From the sequence record SRR20825019_1298: a DNA stretch of 44,553 nt; one strand, given 5' to 3'. The first letter of the stretch is position 1, and each line of letters begins with the position of its first letter. Positions 40,575-44,553 of the stretch are shown here, one piece after another. The position numbers and the translations under genes are program-made. Below the pieces are notes generated by a model. It was not told the DNA's origin, did no database searches, and saw nothing but the letters and a program-made list of their open reading frames with translations.

Positions 40575-42566
40575 ATGTTGTTCAGGAGCCTATCAACACT
40601 CGTGCTCGCCGGTTGTGTGGCGACAGTTTCAACAACCCAGGTGGACGCAAAAACCGAAGTACGCACCTATATCTCGCAGAAGTGTTTGCTTTCACCCGAT
40701 CCGAAAGAAGAAGACAAGGTACTGGGCTTCCTCGCGGGGATTTTTGTGCCCATGGCGCTTGAATGGGTGATCGGCGGCGTTGCCAAAAGCATCCGGGAAG
40801 CATCGAAGGAAAAAAGCCACACGCTGACCGACAAGGACACATTTGATCTGTATGTGGCCCGAACCGTCAAGATTCCGGAGCCGCCAAGGCTTGCACCGAT
40901 CTTGCCAAACCCAAAATTCGGCTGCCTGACCACCGTGGTGGGAGAGTTTGAAGACGCGGCAGTCAATGATGTGTTTGAGCTACACAGGGTCAAAAAAACA
41001 AGCCCGGTGGATTTCAGCGCAGACAATTCGATGGAGATGGTGAGCCAGCGCCTCAAGGACAATAAAATCAAGATCAAGGGCACACCCAAGATCGTCTATG
41101 AAGGCCGCATTGCCTATTCAAACGACCAAACAGCTTTCCAGCTTAAAAGCCAGTATCTGCAGGTCGACCAGCTTCATTCCACCACCAGTAAAAAGGCGCG
41201 TGGCATGACGCTGATGTATGAGATCAAAGGCCCCGCGGCGGAAGAGGACGGCTCGAGCTATGCGCTGATCGCGCTCGGGTTTGGCGATGTTGCACGCGGC
41301 AAGAAGATGACACCAGCTGATTTTGCCAGCGGTAAAAAACCGGGCGCGGAAACCGGCTGGGTGCGCGCGGTTGGTCTACCCTATCATTCCCGCGTGGCGT
41401 ACTTGCGGGCCGTGAAAACGGGTAATCTAAAAATGAACGGCTACGCCCCTGCACGGCTTATCACCCGCCTCACGGAAATTGAAGCCGCCAATAAAACCGG
41501 GCTGTTTATTGCCGAGGTGCTGGACGGTGTGAAAGAAGACGTGGCGGCTGAGATCGCGAAGAAAATCCTGCCTGAATCCCGCAGGGCCGCCGAGAAGGAA
41601 GAAACCGCTAAAATTCAGGGGCTTGAGCAAGCCAAACGGGACGCAGAGATTGCGCTGGCCGAAGCCAAGGCCCTGCTGATTGCGGCACAAACCTGCGCAG
41701 ACGGTGTGAGCGCTGCGGTCTGTGACCAGAATAAAGCCGTCGCGGAGCTGAAGGTTGCCAACGCGCAAGCCAAATATGACATCGCCAAAGCCAACCTTGA
41801 GAGCGAGCTGGGCAGCGGCACAATTGTCGGCGTGCTTGAGCCTGCCCCCGCGGCCCCTGCGCCTGATGCTGCCATGCCGCCCGGCGGCGGTGTGGAGAAA
41901 GAATCCATGGCACCTGAAATGATGGCCGCTAGCCGCACGTTCAAGGTCGTCAAGGAAGGGGACCAACTACTGATCGACAATAAGTCGTTTTTCCTCACCC
42001 CCGCGAAATGGCCGCAAAAAACCATTTTTGTGTGCTGGGAAAACCCCGAAGGCGGGGCGGAGGCTGATCGTCAGCTTGTAAAAGCCGCGGTTGACAATAG
42101 CTGGCAGGCACACTCGGGCCTGAGCTTCAAGGGCTGGGGCCAATGCACAGACGGCACCCGCGGCATTCGTATCCGTATTGACGACAGCAGCCCGCACAAC
42201 GGCCCGCACGTGAAGGGGCTCGGCAAATATATGGACGGCGTGAAAGACGGCATGGTGCTGAATTTTACCTTCCGCCGCTGGGGCAGCGACTACTGTGCAC
42301 CGTCTGAAAACAGGCGTCAGTCCTGTATTTATTCCATCGCGGTGCATGAGTTTGGCCATGCCATTGGCCTTGCGCATGAACACAACAGCTGGGATACGCC
42401 AGGTGAGTGCCAGATTGCCCCTCAAGGCACGGACGGTGACGTGATGTTGACCGAGTATGACCCGGATTCTGTGATGAACTATTGCAACGAGCGTTATAAT
42501 AACGATGGCGAGTTGAGCCCGCTTGATATCGCAGGCATCCAGTTCATCTATGGCGCGCCTTACTGA
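40575..42566 (+). CDS. Secreted multidomain protein with C-terminal metzincin zinc protease
   Basis: Signal peptide; HEFGHAIGLAH zinc motif and Met-turn DSVMNY; preceded by a coiled coil and Pro/Ala linker. Confidence 0.85.
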   Translation: MLFRSLSTLVLAGCVATVSTTQVDAKTEVRTYISQKCLLSPDPKEEDKVLGFLAGIFVPMALEWVIGGVAKSIREASKEKSHTLTDKDTFDLYVARTVKIPEPPRLAPILPNPKFGCLTTVVGEFEDAAVNDVFELHRVKKTSPVDFSADNSMEMVSQRLKDNKIKIKGTPKIVYEGRIAYSNDQTAFQLKSQYLQVDQLHSTTSKKARGMTLMYEIKGPAAEEDGSSYALIALGFGDVARGKKMTPADFASGKKPGAETGWVRAVGLPYHSRVAYLRAVKTGNLKMNGYAPARLITRLTEIEAANKTGLFIAEVLDGVKEDVAAEIAKKILPESRRAAEKEETAKIQGLEQAKRDAEIALAEAKALLIAAQTCADGVSAAVCDQNKAVAELKVANAQAKYDIAKANLESELGSGTIVGVLEPAPAAPAPDAAMPPGGGVEKESMAPEMMAASRTFKVVKEGDQLLIDNKSFFLTPAKWPQKTIFVCWENPEGGAEADRQLVKAAVDNSWQAHSGLSFKGWGQCTDGTRGIRIRIDDSSPHNGPHVKGLGKYMDGVKDGMVLNFTFRRWGSDYCAPSENRRQSCIYSIAVHEFGHAIGLAHEHNSWDTPGECQIAPQGTDGDVMLTEYDPDSVMNYCNERYNNDGELSPLDIAGIQFIYGAPY

Positions 42567-42581
42567 TCCGGGCCACTCAAG

Positions 42582-43967
42582 ATGAAACACTCTTTCCTCA
42601 CCTTGAGCCTTACCGCTGTGCTGGCGATCAGCACAGCGCAGGCGCTTCACGCCCAAGGTGTGCAGCAAACCCATGAGCAGGTCTCAAAAGCACTGGGCTA
42701 TGTGGTGGCCAAAGCCCTGATGGCGGAAGATACCCTCAGCCCCGGCGTGCCGGTTGAAAGCCACGCCACCGGCTTTTTCATTGACCGCTTTGGCACCATG
42801 GTCACCAACCATCATCTGCTGGAAGCCCTTGGCAACTATGAGCCATCAACGCTCACCATCACCGTGCATATGGGGGACATATATGCGAGCGAGAAGCGCC
42901 CGGCAGAAGTTGATTTTCTTGATGCGACGAAAGACCTTCTGGTCCTCAGGGTGCGTGGCAGTTTTGGCCATAAGTTCAACCATGTACGGCCCGATTTCGC
43001 CTATCAGACTGACATCACACTCGCGCAAACACCCGTCTACACCATGGGCTTCCCGGAAGGCTACAGCTACATGACAGGCGACGGCAAGATCAACGCGTTT
43101 GACGGCCCCAGCGGGCACCTTTACCTGTGGGTCACCAACATGCAGTTCAAATCGGGGCAAAGCGGCAGCCCGGTGTATCTGGAGGATGGCCGCATCGTCG
43201 GCGTCGTCAAGGGGCAGGAACGCGGCTTCGCCCAGAATAATTTCATCATCCCGTTCCGCTATGTGGCGCGGATTGCTGGCCCTGGTTATTTTGGCCCCAC
43301 GGAGGTGGTGGACAAGTCCACTGATGATATCATCGCAGCCATGAAACCAGAGCCCGCGCGTCTCAAGGTTTATGGCCATGTGCCCTCCCCCAGCGTTGAA
43401 CGGCGCACGGTGAACCGCACGTTCGAGCGCGCCAATGCACCCTGCACACCAAGCGAAAATCTTGTGTGGGGTGTCGAGGCAGCAGATGGCTGGATGATCG
43501 ACACCAGCACGATTGAAACCCGTGTGGTGCGGAAAGCGGCAAAAGCGCTGTTCTCAGGCCTTGATGCCGTGAGTGAAAAGGCCTTCCAGTTGAAGGCAAA
43601 GCTTGAGAACGCGGGCGACTGTGTGCGCGACCCCTCTGGCCGGGTGATCGATGAAGACGTGCCCGCAAGCCTTGATGTGGGCGTAACCTATACGGAGCTT
43701 CGCGAAGTAATGGTGCCCAAACAGCGCCTGCTCTATGAAGCGGCCTATGACGGTAAAGCCGTTGCGCTTGATGTGCTGCCGGAAGGTGTCACGGGCGTGA
43801 AAGCCACGGTATCACTTGGCGGCAATATGGAGATTGCCCTCACCCCCGGTGACGGCAACCCCGATTTTGGCATCATCGCCAAGGGCAACACACTTGAGCT
43901 GAGCCCTGAAAGCGGCTGGCTCAACCGCCTTCGGCAAATGCATGATCGCCGCGAAGCGATCGGCTAG
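42582..43967 (+). CDS. Secreted trypsin-like serine protease with uncharacterised C-terminal domain
   Basis: Signal peptide; ATGFFI, VTNHH (His), KDLLVL (Asp), GQSGSP (Ser); no PDZ recognised. Confidence 0.85.
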   Translation: MKHSFLTLSLTAVLAISTAQALHAQGVQQTHEQVSKALGYVVAKALMAEDTLSPGVPVESHATGFFIDRFGTMVTNHHLLEALGNYEPSTLTITVHMGDIYASEKRPAEVDFLDATKDLLVLRVRGSFGHKFNHVRPDFAYQTDITLAQTPVYTMGFPEGYSYMTGDGKINAFDGPSGHLYLWVTNMQFKSGQSGSPVYLEDGRIVGVVKGQERGFAQNNFIIPFRYVARIAGPGYFGPTEVVDKSTDDIIAAMKPEPARLKVYGHVPSPSVERRTVNRTFERANAPCTPSENLVWGVEAADGWMIDTSTIETRVVRKAAKALFSGLDAVSEKAFQLKAKLENAGDCVRDPSGRVIDEDVPASLDVGVTYTELREVMVPKQRLLYEAAYDGKAVALDVLPEGVTGVKATVSLGGNMEIALTPGDGNPDFGIIAKGNTLELSPESGWLNRLRQMHDRREAIG

Positions 43968-43986
43968 AGTGCTCCCCCCCCAATAG

Positions 43987-44017
43987 AAAACGACCGGAGC
44001 AAGATGCCCCGGTCCTT
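43987..44017. terminator. Hairpin between convergent genes
   Basis: GACCGG ... CCGGTC inverted repeat with a flanking A-tract. Confidence 0.5.
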
Positions 44018-44071
44018 GTCTAATGGTCAAATATTCCAAGTTTATTCTGTCCACCGGTAGAAACACATGGA

Positions 44072-44386
44072 TTAATCGACCAGTTCCATATCATCAAGTT
44101 TGCCCCTGCCCAGTCGGCGTAGGATTGGTTGCGATAGTGCAGCACCGACCACCAGCCAGACAGCCGACATCGCCGCAGTCAAGGGGATCATCACCACCCC
44201 AGACAACACAATCAAAACAATCAAAACTGCACTACCACCGTGCGCGTTTGAGCCAAAGACCGCAGCCAGTATAAACCCAATTCCGCCGAGTACGGCCAGT
44301 CCCAGATTACTGTAAAATGCAACGCGGAAAATCATACGCAAAGACAGGTCATGAAAATAAACGGATTGATGCTCGCCGTCCGACAT
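44072..44386 (-). CDS. Hypothetical small membrane protein
   Basis: Two long hydrophobic stretches; GGGGG RBS-like run before ATG 44386. Confidence 0.55.
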   Translation of the reverse strand: MSDGEHQSVYFHDLSLRMIFRVAFYSNLGLAVLGGIGFILAAVFGSNAHGGSAVLIVLIVLSGVVMIPLTAAMSAVWLVVGAALSQPILRRLGRGKLDDMELVD

Positions 44387-44472
44387 AAATACCCCCAAAT
44401 AAAGAAGACCGAAGCATGGTGCCTCGGCCTCCGTGTTCTCGTCAAGCGAGTAAGTGTAAAACCGCTCCTTTC

Positions 44473-44553
44473 GTCACCCCCGCGAAGGCGGGGGTCCAGG
44501 AGGGTTTGGGGAAAGCCCGCCCTTTGCACTGGATTCCCGCCTTCGCGGGAATG
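44473..44553. repeat. Inverted pair of REP/RPE-like palindromes (truncated by window end)
   Basis: GTCACCCCCGCGAAGGCGGGGGTCCAG (44473-44499) and CTGGATTCCCGCCTTCGCGGGAATG (44529-44553), a widespread proteobacterial palindromic repeat type. Confidence 0.8.

Noticed and set aside
1-44553. CRISPR array, tRNA/rRNA, prophage, integrase or IS element
   Set aside because: No regularly spaced repeats, RNA-gene signatures or recombinase/transposase/phage motifs were recognised by eye.

Overview
A 44.5-kb chromosomal segment of an alphaproteobacterium. The DUF1476/purC-purS-purQ-purL ... bolA-grxD order and a perfect CtrA box support this; the protein content suggests a marine Kordiimonas-like lineage, which is an inference. 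Core genes are interleaved with accessory modules: (i) a complete Legionella-type alpha-hydroxyketone quorum-sensing cassette (cqsA/lqsA synthase divergent from an lqsS-like kinase and lqsR-like regulator), abutting (ii) a STAS + REC-PP2C-kinase partner-switching operon with an upstream CtrA box; (iii) a PrsT-like TPR lipoprotein divergent from two paralogous PEP-CTERM proteins; (iv) an ~8-kb insert between purL and bolA with an AT-rich HNH-like gene, duplicated lipoproteins and a GT4/hydrolase/LtaS-like operon; (v) a solitary AT-rich OLD-type ABC-ATPase/TOPRIM nuclease; (vi) a secreted metzincin-fusion plus trypsin-like protease pair. The window ends in an inverted REP/RPE-like palindrome pair. 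I recognised no rRNA, tRNA, CRISPR array, integrase or transposase. All assignments come from by-eye motif recognition, not database searches, and GC statements are visual estimates.
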